Shown: piece by piece, positions 21,616 to 31,429 of the stretch | Numbering within the stretch: the stretch's first letter is position 1 | Layout: each line of letters begins with the position of its first letter | NCBI GenBank assembly: GCA_963830915.1 | Contig: CAWHOE010000049.1 | Location: forward strand, 23,334 to 87,333 | Reading direction: 5' to 3' | Length of the DNA stretch: 64,000 bases | Source of the DNA: a candidate division FCPU426 bacterium | Lineage (GTDB): Bacteria > Oederibacteriota > Muellerivitia > Muellerivitales > Muellerivitaceae | Notes under the pieces: generated by a model | Told to the model about the DNA's origin: nothing | The model's input: the letters and a program-made list of their open reading frames with translations, nothing else | Databases searched by the model: none | Made by a program: the position numbers and the translations under genes

Positions 21616-22596
21616 ATGGATCAGATCAGTATTTTCAAAACGTTAACTTCCAAAGTCGCCCTATTGCTGGTTTTCATGGCTGGCACGGGGTGCTATTTCT
21701 TTGGTTCGAACGGTTTCCAACCAGCGGCGTCCATCGCGCCGGGGGACGGGCTGATCTGTTATGTCAACGCCAAGGACAAGGCCTATTCGATCTATGTCAT
21801 CGATCCGAAAGGGGTCAAAGGCAGGGAAATACCGGTTCCGCAGGACCGTGTCCCCTATGACCCGATCTTTTCGCCGGACGCCAAAAAAATAATGTATGTT
21901 TTCAAGGCCAAGGACGCTGAAAATCCCCCAAGTTCTCTCTGCTTGATGGATGTAAACGGCGCCAATCCCCAAATCCTGACCCCTGAGGCGGGCAATATTA
22001 CCGACGCCGTTTTCTCGCCCGATGGCCGAACCATCTATTATTTAAGCGCCGGTTCTTACGGCCACTATTCCCCCATCGCCCAATCCCATCCCCATGACTT
22101 CGATGTCTATTCCATCGACATCACGGGAAAAGCCCCGAAACAATGTACCCATTTGAAAGCTTATGGAATGTCCGATCTGTCCGTTTCAAACGATGGGAAA
22201 ACCTTGTTTTTCGTGGACATGGCCCAAAGCAATACGTTAATGGCGATGCCTTTGACAGCGGGCGCCAAGCCTGTCTCCCTGCTTTCCGATATATGGGACG
22301 CGCGGGTGTCTCCCGACCAAAAAGAGGTCGTATTCACGAAGATGAAATCGGGATTAGGCGGGTTTACGTACGATCTATACATGAGTCCTTTAGACCTTAA
22401 GAATCCGGACCGGATCGAACCCAAACAACTGACCTTCTTAAATTCCTTGGTCTTTGGCTTGCGTTATTTCACCCAAAGGCCATTCGTGCTTTTTGTTCAG
22501 CAGAAAAATTGGCCCAATACCACCCACCCTCGATACAGGTTGATGGAAGTGAGCCTGGATGGCAGTGACTTGAAAGTGATACCACTTCCGAAATGA
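21616..22596 (+). CDS. TolB-like/PD40 beta-propeller protein
   Basis: Repeated FSPDAKK/FSPDGRT/SNDGKT/SPDQK motifs; N-terminal signal with Cys. Confidence 0.8.
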   Translation: MDQISIFKTLTSKVALLLVFMAGTGCYFFGSNGFQPAASIAPGDGLICYVNAKDKAYSIYVIDPKGVKGREIPVPQDRVPYDPIFSPDAKKIMYVFKAKDAENPPSSLCLMDVNGANPQILTPEAGNITDAVFSPDGRTIYYLSAGSYGHYSPIAQSHPHDFDVYSIDITGKAPKQCTHLKAYGMSDLSVSNDGKTLFFVDMAQSNTLMAMPLTAGAKPVSLLSDIWDARVSPDQKEVVFTKMKSGLGGFTYDLYMSPLDLKNPDRIEPKQLTFLNSLVFGLRYFTQRPFVLFVQQKNWPNTTHPRYRLMEVSLDGSDLKVIPLPK

Positions 22597-22637
22597 GCGG
22601 ATTTTGAAGCCGAAATTTTATTAAACAGGAGATTTAT

Positions 22638-23294
22638 TTGCCGTCAAAAAAGTATCGAAAAAATGAAATAACCTTCAACGTTTCCAAAAAGGAAATGGCT
22701 GAATTAAAAAATAAAACAACTAAAGGTTCATCCCAAGAACTAGCGGATAGGTCGGATCGTTTATTGGCGGCTTTAATAGATCTTTTGCCAATAGTGGTTG
22801 TTATATTATTGTTTTTATTATTTGCTGGTCTTTTTTTTCTGAAGGGAATATTCGGAAAGAGCGGCTATCCGCAAATTGATGAAGCGTTCCATTCGAATTT
22901 TAAGGCCATTGTTCGGATAACCGGCTGGGGCTTTGCTCAGGTTTTTGGACTGGTTAATACTTTTCTTCTTTGGACTCGCGCCCAAACCATTGGCAAATAT
23001 TACCGTTCGATCCGAATAGTCAATAATAAAACCGGGGATGATCTGGATCTAATTAATATTTTAGTATTAAGACCACTCCCTTTTGTAATTGCTTATGCGT
23101 TCTTCTTGATCGCGAGCATTAGCGGTCAGCCACAGTATGAAATTATTCCAGTATTGTTTATGTTATTTGATGTTCTATTTATTTTTCGAAGTGACCGAAG
23201 ATGTATCCATGATCTTATTTCCGGCGCAAAAGTTGTGAAGTGCGAAAATACTGGTTCATTATTTGACACGTTGAGACAAAGTGGGCTGAAGTAA
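22638..23294 (+). CDS. RDD family membrane protein
   Basis: RLLAALID...QTIGK...RRCIHDLISGAKVV. Confidence 0.85.
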   Translation: MPSKKYRKNEITFNVSKKEMAELKNKTTKGSSQELADRSDRLLAALIDLLPIVVVILLFLLFAGLFFLKGIFGKSGYPQIDEAFHSNFKAIVRITGWGFAQVFGLVNTFLLWTRAQTIGKYYRSIRIVNNKTGDDLDLINILVLRPLPFVIAYAFFLIASISGQPQYEIIPVLFMLFDVLFIFRSDRRCIHDLISGAKVVKCENTGSLFDTLRQSGLK

Positions 23295-23389
23295 GGTTCG
23301 GCATTATACGAAAGTAGTATTGAAGGGTTAGGGATCTTCCGTTTTGGATAGTACCAAGAATCTTTAATCATTCAGAAAAGGAGTCTTTC

Positions 23390-24361
23390 ATGCAATACAC
23401 CAACTTAGGGCGGGCCAGGGTTTCGGTGAGCCGCCTCTGCTTAGGCACCATGAACTTCGGGCCGGTCACCACCGAGCCGCACAGTTTCGCCATCATGGAC
23501 AAGGCCCTGGAACTGGGCATCAACTTCTTCGACACGGCCAATGTATACGGCTGGAAAAAGGGCGAGGGTGTGACCGAGCAGATCATCGGGCGGTGGTTCG
23601 CCCAGGGCGGCGGGCGCCGGGAAAAGACGGTTTTGGCCACCAAGGTCTACGGGGACATGGGCGATTGGCCCAATACCTCCCGCCTGTCGGCCCTGCATAT
23701 CACCAAGGCCTGCGAGGACAGCCTGAGGCGCTTGAAGACCGACTATATCGACCTCTACCAGATGCACCATGTGGACCTGGAAGCGTCCTGGGATGAGATC
23801 TGGCAGGCCATGGAAAACCTGGTCCGGGCCGGCAAGGTGCTTTATGTGGGGAGCAGTAATTTCGCGGCGTGGAATATCGCGCAGGCCAACGAGGCGGCCA
23901 AGAACCGCCATTTCATGGGCCTGGTCTCCGAACAGAGCCACTACAGCCTCAAGACCCGCATGGTCGAGCTGGAGGTTTTGCCCGCTTGCAAGGCCTACGG
24001 ATTGGGCGTCATCCCCTGGAGCCCCCTGGGCGGGGGATTGCTGGGCGGCATCCTGAAAAAGGCGAAGGAAGGCCGGCGCAAGGACCCCAGGGTGCAGAAA
24101 CAGTTGAAGGAAAATTACGCCAAATACGCCGCCTGGGAAAAGCTGTGCTCGAAGCTGGGGGAGGAGCCCGCGAACGTGGCCCTGGCCTGGCTGTTGCACC
24201 AGGAGGTCGTGACCGCCCCCATCATTGGGCCCCGGACCATGGCCCAACTGGAGGGAAGCCTCCGGGCGCTCAAGATCAAGCTTTCGCCCGATACCCTCAA
24301 GAAGATCGACGCCATCTTTCCCGGCCCCGGCGGCGCGGCGCCTAAGGCTTACGCCTGGTAA
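23390..24361 (+). CDS. Aldo/keto reductase
   Basis: LCLGTMNFG, FFDTANVYG, SLRRLKTDYIDLYQMH and PWSPLGGG motifs. Confidence 0.95.
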   Translation: MQYTNLGRARVSVSRLCLGTMNFGPVTTEPHSFAIMDKALELGINFFDTANVYGWKKGEGVTEQIIGRWFAQGGGRREKTVLATKVYGDMGDWPNTSRLSALHITKACEDSLRRLKTDYIDLYQMHHVDLEASWDEIWQAMENLVRAGKVLYVGSSNFAAWNIAQANEAAKNRHFMGLVSEQSHYSLKTRMVELEVLPACKAYGLGVIPWSPLGGGLLGGILKKAKEGRRKDPRVQKQLKENYAKYAAWEKLCSKLGEEPANVALAWLLHQEVVTAPIIGPRTMAQLEGSLRALKIKLSPDTLKKIDAIFPGPGGAAPKAYAW

Positions 24362-24394
24362 GAATCCCTTAAGGTTGACCCCTGCTGGCCGATA

Positions 24395-24890
24395 CCGAGC
24401 CTATTGATAGAAAGGCCCGGTGCCAACCCCCGGTCGGCCCCCGGTCGGTTTTGACCGGTTACCGGCACTTCTGTCGAGGCAACCAGCCGAGACAGAGGGG
24501 TTAGTTGTGCCAGGCCTATTGATAGAAAGGCCTGGTGCCACCCCCCGGTCGGCCACCGGTCGGTTCTGACCGGGCACCGGTCACCCCCCGGTCGGCCACC
24601 GGTCGGTTTTGACCGGGCACCGGCCACCCCCCAGCCGGCTACCGGTCGCTCCTGGCCGGTTACCGGATGCCACCGGAATCCTTATTTTCGCCCACCGGAC
24701 GGGCCTTGTCCGGCTACCGGACGGGCTTTTTCCGGTCACCGGAAGCCACCGGAAAGACTACCGGCCCACCGGAATCGTTATTTTTACCCACCGGACGCCT
24801 ACCGGTCACCCACCGGAAAGATGGGGTGCCCACCGGAATCGTTATTTTTGCCCACCGGACGGGCCTTGTCCGGTTACCGGAGGAGCCTTT
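24395..24890. repeat. CCGG-rich degenerate tandem array (43-bp units in the first part)
   Basis: CCCCCCGGTCGGCCACCGGTCGGTTYTGACCGGGCACCGGYCA at 24541 and 24584; CCACCGGAATC...CCCACCGGACG three times. Confidence 0.75.
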
Positions 24891-24894
24891 GGTC

Positions 24895-25278
24895 CATCGG
24901 AAAGGCCAGGCTACCCCTCGGAAGCATGTTTCCGAGCCTCGGAATGACCGGGCCACCCCTCGGAAGTGTTGTTTCCGAGCCTCGGAAAGATCGGGTCACC
25001 CCTGGGAAGGGTTGTTTCCGAGCATCGGAAAGGCCAGGCACCCCTCGGAAGGGTTGTTTTCGAACCTCGGAATGACCGAGCCACCCCTCGGAAGCATGTT
25101 TCCGAGCCTCGGAAAGATCGGGTCACCCCTCGGAAGGGTTGTTTCCGAGCATCGGAAAGGCTGGGCTACCCCTCGGAAGGATGTTTCCGAGCCTCGGAAT
25201 GAACGGGCCATCCCTCGGAAGTGTTGTTTCCGAGCCTCGGAAAGACCAGGTTACCCCTCGGAAGCGTGTTTCCGACAC
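24895..25278. repeat. Tandem array of about 9 palindromic 42-43 bp units
   Basis: CCCCTCGGAAG-N6/7-TCCGAGCMTCGGAA-N11 repeated. Confidence 0.9.
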
Positions 25279-25306
25279 CGGGCCTTTATAGCTGAGGCCC
25301 GGTACA

Positions 25307-25386
25307 TGCCGACCCTCCCATAAAGAATATACGGCGGTCGGTATAGTACCGATTTCTAATGCATTTATTTCATTGGTGAATCGGCA
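25307..25386 (-). mobile_element. Double-hairpin miniature insertion element, copy 3 (80 bp, reverse)
   Basis: TGCCGACC...GGTCGGTATAGTACCGATTT...AATCGGCA with CA on both sides. Confidence 0.85.
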
Positions 25387-25448
25387 CAACTAAACCCTGT
25401 GTCTCGGCTTGAGGCCTCGACACAAGTGCCATCGGAAAGGCTGGCCAC

Positions 25449-25830
25449 TAACGCTTAGCGTTAGCGAGGTATCACCTAGCGTTGATGGGACTAACACCTA
25501 GCGTTGATGGGGGGTAACGCCTAGCGTTAGTGGGGTATTACCTGGCGTTAACGGCAGAAACGCCTAGCGTTGATGGGTCTAACGCCTAGCGTTAGTGGGG
25601 TATTTCCTGGCGTTAACGGCAGAAACGCCTAGCGTTGATGGGTCTAACGCCTAGCGTTAGTGAGGTAACGCCTAGCGTTTTCAGCCAAAACTCCTAGCGT
25701 TAGGGGTGGCGGACCTAGCGTTGATCGGGGTAACGCCTAGCGTTAGTGAGGTATCGCCTAGCGTTTTCAGCCAAAACGCCTAGCGTTAGTGGGGTAACGC
25801 CTAGCGTTGATGGCCTAACGCCTAGCGTTA
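25449..25830. repeat. Tandem array of 18 palindromic units of about 21 bp
   Basis: TAACGCCTAGCGTT core plus about 7 variable bp; the last unit contains the stop codon of the 25828-26514 gene. Confidence 0.92.
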
Positions 25831-26514
25831 TTTGCCTTTTAGATCGATGACAGCGGACATCTCATTGCCATTCAGGCCCTTTAAAACCAATTGGATAGAT
25901 TCACCCGACTTAGTCTTCAATTCTTCCGCTTGGGCGGGGGTGATCGAAATTAAATGAATGTTGTCCTTGGCGTAGCCGAAGGGTTTGACGGGTTGGGGCG
26001 TTGGATAGACCAGCTCCACCTTGGGGAAATCAACTATCGGTATTTCATCTTTCTTTATTCCGGCCTTTCCAAATACATACAGGTTAGCACCGGGTTTATA
26101 GAGTTTGCCCGTGTTCGTGCTTTCGTCCACCGCCAAGGTGTAATTCAGAGGATTGTGGCTTCGAATAGGCGCCTGGGCCTTTTCACTTGGCGAGAATTGT
26201 GTGTAGGCGATAGGTCTTCCCTTGGGGATGGGGACCAGGGTGGTCAGGCTTTCCACTTCTTGAAGGTCTTCCACATCGTTCGTGTCATATTGAAAAACAA
26301 AAATATGACTTTTGACGACCATGTCGGGCTTCAGGAAAACCCCTTTCGGGATATCCCGGGCCGCAACGAGTATTTCGACAGTTTGATTTGAAATCCTTTT
26401 TTGATAGGCGTCCATTAGGAATATGAGGACGATAAACACGCAAAAATATAATCCGATGATGTAGTAACCACGAGGAATGTTCCTGACGATCAAGGCGCCC
26501 ATCGCAGTAACCAA
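25828..26514 (-). CDS. SAF-domain, CpaB (Flp pilus)-like protein
   Basis: Transmembrane helix then ILVAARDIPKG..L...V...IPKG.PI. The start is uncertain. Confidence 0.6.
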   Translation of the reverse strand: MVTAMGALIVRNIPRGYYIIGLYFCVFIVLIFLMDAYQKRISNQTVEILVAARDIPKGVFLKPDMVVKSHIFVFQYDTNDVEDLQEVESLTTLVPIPKGRPIAYTQFSPSEKAQAPIRSHNPLNYTLAVDESTNTGKLYKPGANLYVFGKAGIKKDEIPIVDFPKVELVYPTPQPVKPFGYAKDNIHLISITPAQAEELKTKSGESIQLVLKGLNGNEMSAVIDLKGK

Positions 26515-27266
26515 ATTTCTTTAGGATTTAATTTAAATTCTTTAACGCTTTTGAGATATATCAAAAGAAGAGCTATAGGAAAAATTGTTGCGGATATATC
26601 GAAAAGACCATCACAGAAACCGAGTGTCCAAGGTATTAAAAATTTTAAATGCATGAAATAAAACGATAAATTTATCGCGGTAGAAATAATGGTATAGAAA
26701 ATAATTTGGATTAAGAAAATAGAAATCAAAGAAAAAAAGATGAGCCGGCGATTTCCAATGGTTAATTCGCGGCTTCGACGAAGTACTTTCGATTGGGTTT
26801 CTTCCTCGAAACAAACGACACAGGAAACTAAAGAATAGGCGATGGCGGCCAAAATTCCTGGGATCAAAAACATTAAAAGCCCAATAAGAGCAAAGAAAGC
26901 CGCAACCAAATATTGCAAACGGAAGATTCTCGCCCATTTATGCAAACCAAAGCGATACGCATCCCAAACAGATGGAAAGGTACCATTGCAAAGATATTGG
27001 GCGATCCCGAAAATCAGGGCGGAATACAAAAAGGGACTTAATAGACTATGTGACATATTCACGAACCAAAAAGTATCCTGAAAGCTATCTTGAGGCAAAT
27101 AAACGGATATAAAAATTCCCAATGGTATATAGAAAAAGAAGGTGATTTTAAAAATGAACCATAAGCTTTTAAAAAATATTTTTAGAGAAAGTTTGATTAA
27201 TTCAGAAACGTGGTCAAATTTAGGTATTGGGATTTTCATGCTTATATCGATCGGCAATTTGGTCAT
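26490..27266 (-). CDS. Hypothetical integral membrane protein
   Basis: Multiple transmembrane segments; LIPGI...LRRSRELT.GN motif. Confidence 0.7.
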   Translation of the reverse strand: MTKLPIDISMKIPIPKFDHVSELIKLSLKIFFKSLWFIFKITFFFYIPLGIFISVYLPQDSFQDTFWFVNMSHSLLSPFLYSALIFGIAQYLCNGTFPSVWDAYRFGLHKWARIFRLQYLVAAFFALIGLLMFLIPGILAAIAYSLVSCVVCFEEETQSKVLRRSRELTIGNRRLIFFSLISIFLIQIIFYTIISTAINLSFYFMHLKFLIPWTLGFCDGLFDISATIFPIALLLIYLKSVKEFKLNPKEIWLLRWAP

Positions 27267-27404
27267 GATGTGCGGACCTCATATATGGGATGCTTCTTAT
27301 TCTCCTCGTTATGAGTTTATCCCATTTTGGACTGTTTGAAATCCTTGGTTTCTCATAGGGTTATTGAGCCAATGGATGAAATTGAAGATTAACAAAGGGA
27401 TATA

Positions 27405-27423
27405 CCTCTTTTGCATATAATGG
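27405..27423 (+). promoter_or_regulatory. Putative promoter motif with TATAAT, copy 1
   Basis: CCTCTTTTGCATATAATGG, identical to 31350-31368. Confidence 0.55.
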
Positions 27424-27451
27424 GGTGCATCGAAGTTATAAAGGTCCATAT

Positions 27452-28252
27452 ATGAATAAGGTATTCCTAATTCTCGCCTTATTGCCACCCTGCCTTTGGG
27501 CGGATGAGATCGCCATTTCGCTGACGCCTCAAGAACAACCAGACCAATCCCAAATCTATCAAGTCCACCGCATCGTTATTGATCCGGCCCATGGCGGGGA
27601 AGATCTGGGGGCGGTGAGCGATGACGAGAAAGTCGTCGAAAAGGACGTGAATTTAGCGGTCGCCAAAAAGATCGCTGATTTATTGAAACAAGATAAAGAC
27701 CTGGAAGTTCTGATGACCCGTAAGGGTGACGATGAAGTTTCCACCAAAGCCCGCGTGGACCTAGCCAATTCCCACAAAGCCGACCTCTTCGTTTCCATCC
27801 ATTGTGATCAAAGTGATTCTGATTCGGAGAATGGTTCCTCTTCTTATGTTTACAGCAGAAAATCCAACATCGGGCCGAAAAAGGTAATAGGGATAAAAGA
27901 TATAATTGATGATTTACAGCAAAGAAATCGAAAGATACGCAGTTATTATCTCGCGGAACATATTGATCAAAGAATTCGTGAACGTTTGAAACAACGTATT
28001 AGACGTATTCAACAAGCACCATTCGGAGTTCTAAATCAGGTAGATATGCCCAGCGTTTACATCAATATGGCTTTTATATCCAACCCTGATGAAGCTAAAA
28101 AGCTTGGAGATCCCCATTGGCGGGATGAGATGGCCAAAGCCATCGCGGATGGGATATTGGCTTACAGGGATAGGGTTAAAGAAAGCCTGGAAGACAAACA
28201 GGCAACACCGACTGGAACGGAAGTTGAGATTCCTGTAGGGTCAGAGAAATAA
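27452..28252 (+). CDS. N-acetylmuramoyl-L-alanine amidase (Amidase_3)-like protein
   Basis: IVIDPAHGGED.GA, EKDVNL and ADLFVSIH motifs; the catalytic Glu position reads Asn. Confidence 0.85.
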   Translation: MNKVFLILALLPPCLWADEIAISLTPQEQPDQSQIYQVHRIVIDPAHGGEDLGAVSDDEKVVEKDVNLAVAKKIADLLKQDKDLEVLMTRKGDDEVSTKARVDLANSHKADLFVSIHCDQSDSDSENGSSSYVYSRKSNIGPKKVIGIKDIIDDLQQRNRKIRSYYLAEHIDQRIRERLKQRIRRIQQAPFGVLNQVDMPSVYINMAFISNPDEAKKLGDPHWRDEMAKAIADGILAYRDRVKESLEDKQATPTGTEVEIPVGSEK

Positions 28253-28310
28253 GAGATGTTTAATATCTAAATCGAGTAATAGTTTTATTGGGTCTTACGA
28301 GGTGTTCTGA

Positions 28311-29573
28311 ATGATGACAAAGAGCAAACTTCTTTTATCTGCCAACCTAATAACCGCCTTATTCATTACTTCTACCATTCTTGGCCAAGAGACATTGGAA
28401 TACAGACATTCGCTCCCGGAAATTGTTACTAAAGATTCGCAACCGACATTCACGTTTCATGGCAAGGATTACAAAGGTAATTTGATTTCTTGTTCTGGTA
28501 GTGAAATATCAGAAGGCAAATGCTGGAATCCTTCCGAAGAAGATGTGGCGAAATTAGAAAAAGGATTACCGAAATATATTCTTTCAAGCATAGAGGTTGA
28601 AGGCCTTTCCTCATTTTTACCTAAATATATGCGTTCTTATTCTGGGGTTTACAAAAGCGGTAAAAAAATTATCTGCGTTGAATTGTATTATTATTCAGAG
28701 CATTGGAAGAAAAAAGAAACCGAAGCTACCCCAGAAATAAATATGCCTTCTTTTTCACTGGATTTTGATACCCAATCAGGAAAGTTTTCGGGTTTGAAAG
28801 AGGTCACTTATTTTGATGGCTCTATAATCATCCCGGATTCTGCCAGCCGTGTAGAAATCGAGTCAAACACTAGCGATTTTGTAACAACTGAAAACCAAAC
28901 GGGTGTACCGCAATGTTTAGTGAATGGGTTAGACGCTGAGGATATGGGTAATCATTCTGAAGCTGTGAAATGGTACCAAAAAGGTGTTTCGCTTGGTGAT
29001 TTGGCTTGTTCGATCGAATTGGCAAAAGCGCTGGAGAGTGGTAGGGAAATTAAAAAAGATGTGGATAAAGCTTTGGAATTGCGGGAAGGCGCGGCGCAAC
29101 AAGGTATAGCGATTTTTCCGAGCGAAATTTCCGAATGTTTTAATAAAAGTAATGATTTATATGTCTTGAATACGCCTTATGACATGGATGACCCGTTTGT
29201 TTATTTATCGAAAAAGAATTCGTCAGTAAAAACGAAGTTTTACGAAATCAATCGATGGGTCCAAGTGGCGTGGTCACCTGATGGAACTCATCTAATGGTG
29301 ACAGATGGTGACGCAAGCAATGAGACGGATACGCATATATATAAGATCGACAAAAATGGAAAAGCCTCAAAAGAGAAAGATCCTTTGGACATGATGGATG
29401 AAAAAGAGAAAAAGGAATTGGATTCATTCGAGTGTGTTCATTTCTATTTTGAGGGTGTGGAATGGGTAAATAATGATGAAGTGCTTATAAATCTCAATGG
29501 ATATGGCGACCATACTGAAGTCGAGCGGATATATGTTTATAGTTTGAAGAATGGATTTACGAGACTTAAATAG
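28311..29573 (+). CDS. Secreted hypothetical protein with a Sel1-like repeat
   Basis: EAVKWYQK...G...LA...G.EIKKDVDKALEL...AAQQG. Confidence 0.7.
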   Translation: MMTKSKLLLSANLITALFITSTILGQETLEYRHSLPEIVTKDSQPTFTFHGKDYKGNLISCSGSEISEGKCWNPSEEDVAKLEKGLPKYILSSIEVEGLSSFLPKYMRSYSGVYKSGKKIICVELYYYSEHWKKKETEATPEINMPSFSLDFDTQSGKFSGLKEVTYFDGSIIIPDSASRVEIESNTSDFVTTENQTGVPQCLVNGLDAEDMGNHSEAVKWYQKGVSLGDLACSIELAKALESGREIKKDVDKALELREGAAQQGIAIFPSEISECFNKSNDLYVLNTPYDMDDPFVYLSKKNSSVKTKFYEINRWVQVAWSPDGTHLMVTDGDASNETDTHIYKIDKNGKASKEKDPLDMMDEKEKKELDSFECVHFYFEGVEWVNNDEVLINLNGYGDHTEVERIYVYSLKNGFTRLK

Positions 29574-29628
29574 AGCTTGGTGAGTTTCTATTTTTTTCCT
29601 AACCTCTTTATAGGGATAGGTTACGCAT

Positions 29629-29874
29629 ATGCAAACCGCTGATCAACTAGCGATCGACCTTCAGGAAAACGGCTGGAAACCGAGCGAACAGTTCCCGAAC
29701 ACCGGGAAATGGAGTTTTCTAGAGATGCGTGGTTGGCTATTTTTAGGTGTTGTTTGTGTTGTCCGGGAAGGCTTGGCCTCGGAAGAAGAAATAAAAAGTA
29801 TTTTGTCTTATTTAAAAAATCTCATGCCGAATTTCTCTATAAAAACTATGGATCTCGTGATTGTTTTTGCATAA
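29629..29874 (+). CDS. Hypothetical protein
   Basis: ORF in a co-oriented array; may be a fragment continuing into 29920-30219. Confidence 0.4.
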   Translation: MQTADQLAIDLQENGWKPSEQFPNTGKWSFLEMRGWLFLGVVCVVREGLASEEEIKSILSYLKNLMPNFSIKTMDLVIVFA

Positions 29875-29919
29875 ACCCAATCTTATACCGATCTGTCTAA
29901 TAGCTTTTTCAGAACGCAC

Positions 29920-30219
29920 TTGATCACCGTGCAAAAAATCATCCAATTCACATCCGAAAAAGTGGTTGTTTCCAATAAAAGGAGGAATGGATATCTCGAT
30001 ATGGCTCTGGGGGGCATTATTCATAATCACGCTGATAATCGTGAAATAGTACCTATCAAGGAACAAAAAAAAATAGATGATCAACAAACTTGGAAATTGG
30101 TCTTAGGTTGGATTCTCGCTTTTATAGTAATTTTGTATTTCGCCCAACAACTGAAACAACCGAAATCCATGGTAAATACAACGCAATCAACACCTACCCA
30201 GGAAAAGGGAACGAAGTAA
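29920..30219 (+). CDS. Hypothetical membrane protein
   Basis: One transmembrane segment; stop overlaps the next start (TAATG). Confidence 0.45.
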   Translation: MITVQKIIQFTSEKVVVSNKRRNGYLDMALGGIIHNHADNREIVPIKEQKKIDDQQTWKLVLGWILAFIVILYFAQQLKQPKSMVNTTQSTPTQEKGTK

Positions 30220-30851
30220 TGATTCTGACTAAGCCCCAATTCAACCGACTTCTAATTGTGTCTGTTGTATTTTTGTTAATGCTCACGGGATGTTCTCGTG
30301 AAACATATTTCAAGATTTTGGGTTGGCAAAAAGTCACACCGCCGCTGGGAGAAGTTAAGGAAAATCCTAATTCAGGTAGTGTAAGTGATGTTGTACTGAC
30401 TTTTCCTCCGGATGAAAGTTTTACTTTGATCGAACGGGGTGGCACATGTTTTCTACAGGGTAAAAATTCTGAAGCTGTATCCCTGGTAAAAAAAGGCGTC
30501 AAATTAGATCCCGATAATTTATTCATTTTAGAGAGGGCCTGTTCATGTTTGGTGGAATTTGTCTCGAACGAACAAAAAGATTATATTTTTCCGTTACTTA
30601 ATAAAATGAATGCTTTAAATGAACAATCAAAAATGACGGAAACAGCAAAAGCCGATTATTTTGTCGCTATTGGAAGTATTTATTCGAAGTTGAAAGATTA
30701 TCCGGATGCCATAAAAGATTACGAGAAAGCTTTAGCATTGCAACCGGATGATATGTATCTGGAAGATGATAAAAAATATTATTTAGAACCCGGTTTACAT
30801 CAGAAATATAAAGATATGTTAAATAATGCAAAACGAGAGCAGATGCCTTGA
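30219..30851 (+). CDS. TPR-containing lipoprotein
   Basis: Lipobox LTGC; IGSIYSKLKDYPDAIKDYEKALALQPD. Confidence 0.75.
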   Translation: MILTKPQFNRLLIVSVVFLLMLTGCSRETYFKILGWQKVTPPLGEVKENPNSGSVSDVVLTFPPDESFTLIERGGTCFLQGKNSEAVSLVKKGVKLDPDNLFILERACSCLVEFVSNEQKDYIFPLLNKMNALNEQSKMTETAKADYFVAIGSIYSKLKDYPDAIKDYEKALALQPDDMYLEDDKKYYLEPGLHQKYKDMLNNAKREQMP

Positions 30852-30890
30852 GAAAGTTGAATTGAATAATCCTGGGGTACCAGGAGGAAG

Positions 30891-31247
30891 GTGCAGATTT
30901 TAATGAAGAATGAAAAAAATCATAAAGCTAGAATTTTTATCAGATATTTGAAATTGTTTACGTTCTGCCTATTGGGCATTTACATTATTACTACGCCAGT
31001 GATGATTATGGCCGGAAAAAGCCATGAACCTTTTTTGGAAAATCTTATGAATTTTTTTGGTTTGGTGGGCAGTGTTTTATTTTTTGTTGGTATGTATAAA
31101 ATTAACAGAGAGCTTTTAAGCCCCAGGAATAAACGCGCGACTGTCTTAAACATTTTGATATGCACCTTTTCTATTTTTGTTTTCCTAATTTTTGTAATTT
31201 ATTTCGGGTTGATTATTAGGCAACTTATTGGGCTCCCGATTTTTTAA
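30891..31247 (+). CDS. Hypothetical membrane protein
   Basis: Three transmembrane segments; Shine-Dalgarno AGGAGG. Confidence 0.6.
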   Translation: MQILMKNEKNHKARIFIRYLKLFTFCLLGIYIITTPVMIMAGKSHEPFLENLMNFFGLVGSVLFFVGMYKINRELLSPRNKRATVLNILICTFSIFVFLIFVIYFGLIIRQLIGLPIF

Positions 31248-31329
31248 TTTAATATACTTTTACAACGTGCGAAAAAAAGATTTAAGTAGGTTTTTAGCGT
31301 TATTTAACATCGAAATCGGTCAGACCTAA

Positions 31330-31368
31330 GGGGCGTGCCAGCGGGCACGCCTCTTTTGCATATAATGG
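31330..31368 (+). promoter_or_regulatory. Terminator-like hairpin overlapping promoter motif copy 2
   Basis: GGGGCGTGCC-AGCG-GGCACGCCTC-TTTT followed by GCATATAATGG. Confidence 0.55.
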
Positions 31369-31429
31369 TGACCGTTGGGTAGGGTTGATCTTCGATTTTC
31401 TATCTTGACGCATATTTGAGGAGCCCTGA

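Noticed and set aside
24349..25389. ORFs across the tandem arrays
   Set aside because: They are translations of DNA repeats with shifting unit lengths (42/43 bp) and have no ribosome-binding site or protein motif.
24395..25830. CRISPR array
   Set aside because: The variable segments are only 6-11 bp and recur, the repeats are degenerate, and no cas genes are present.
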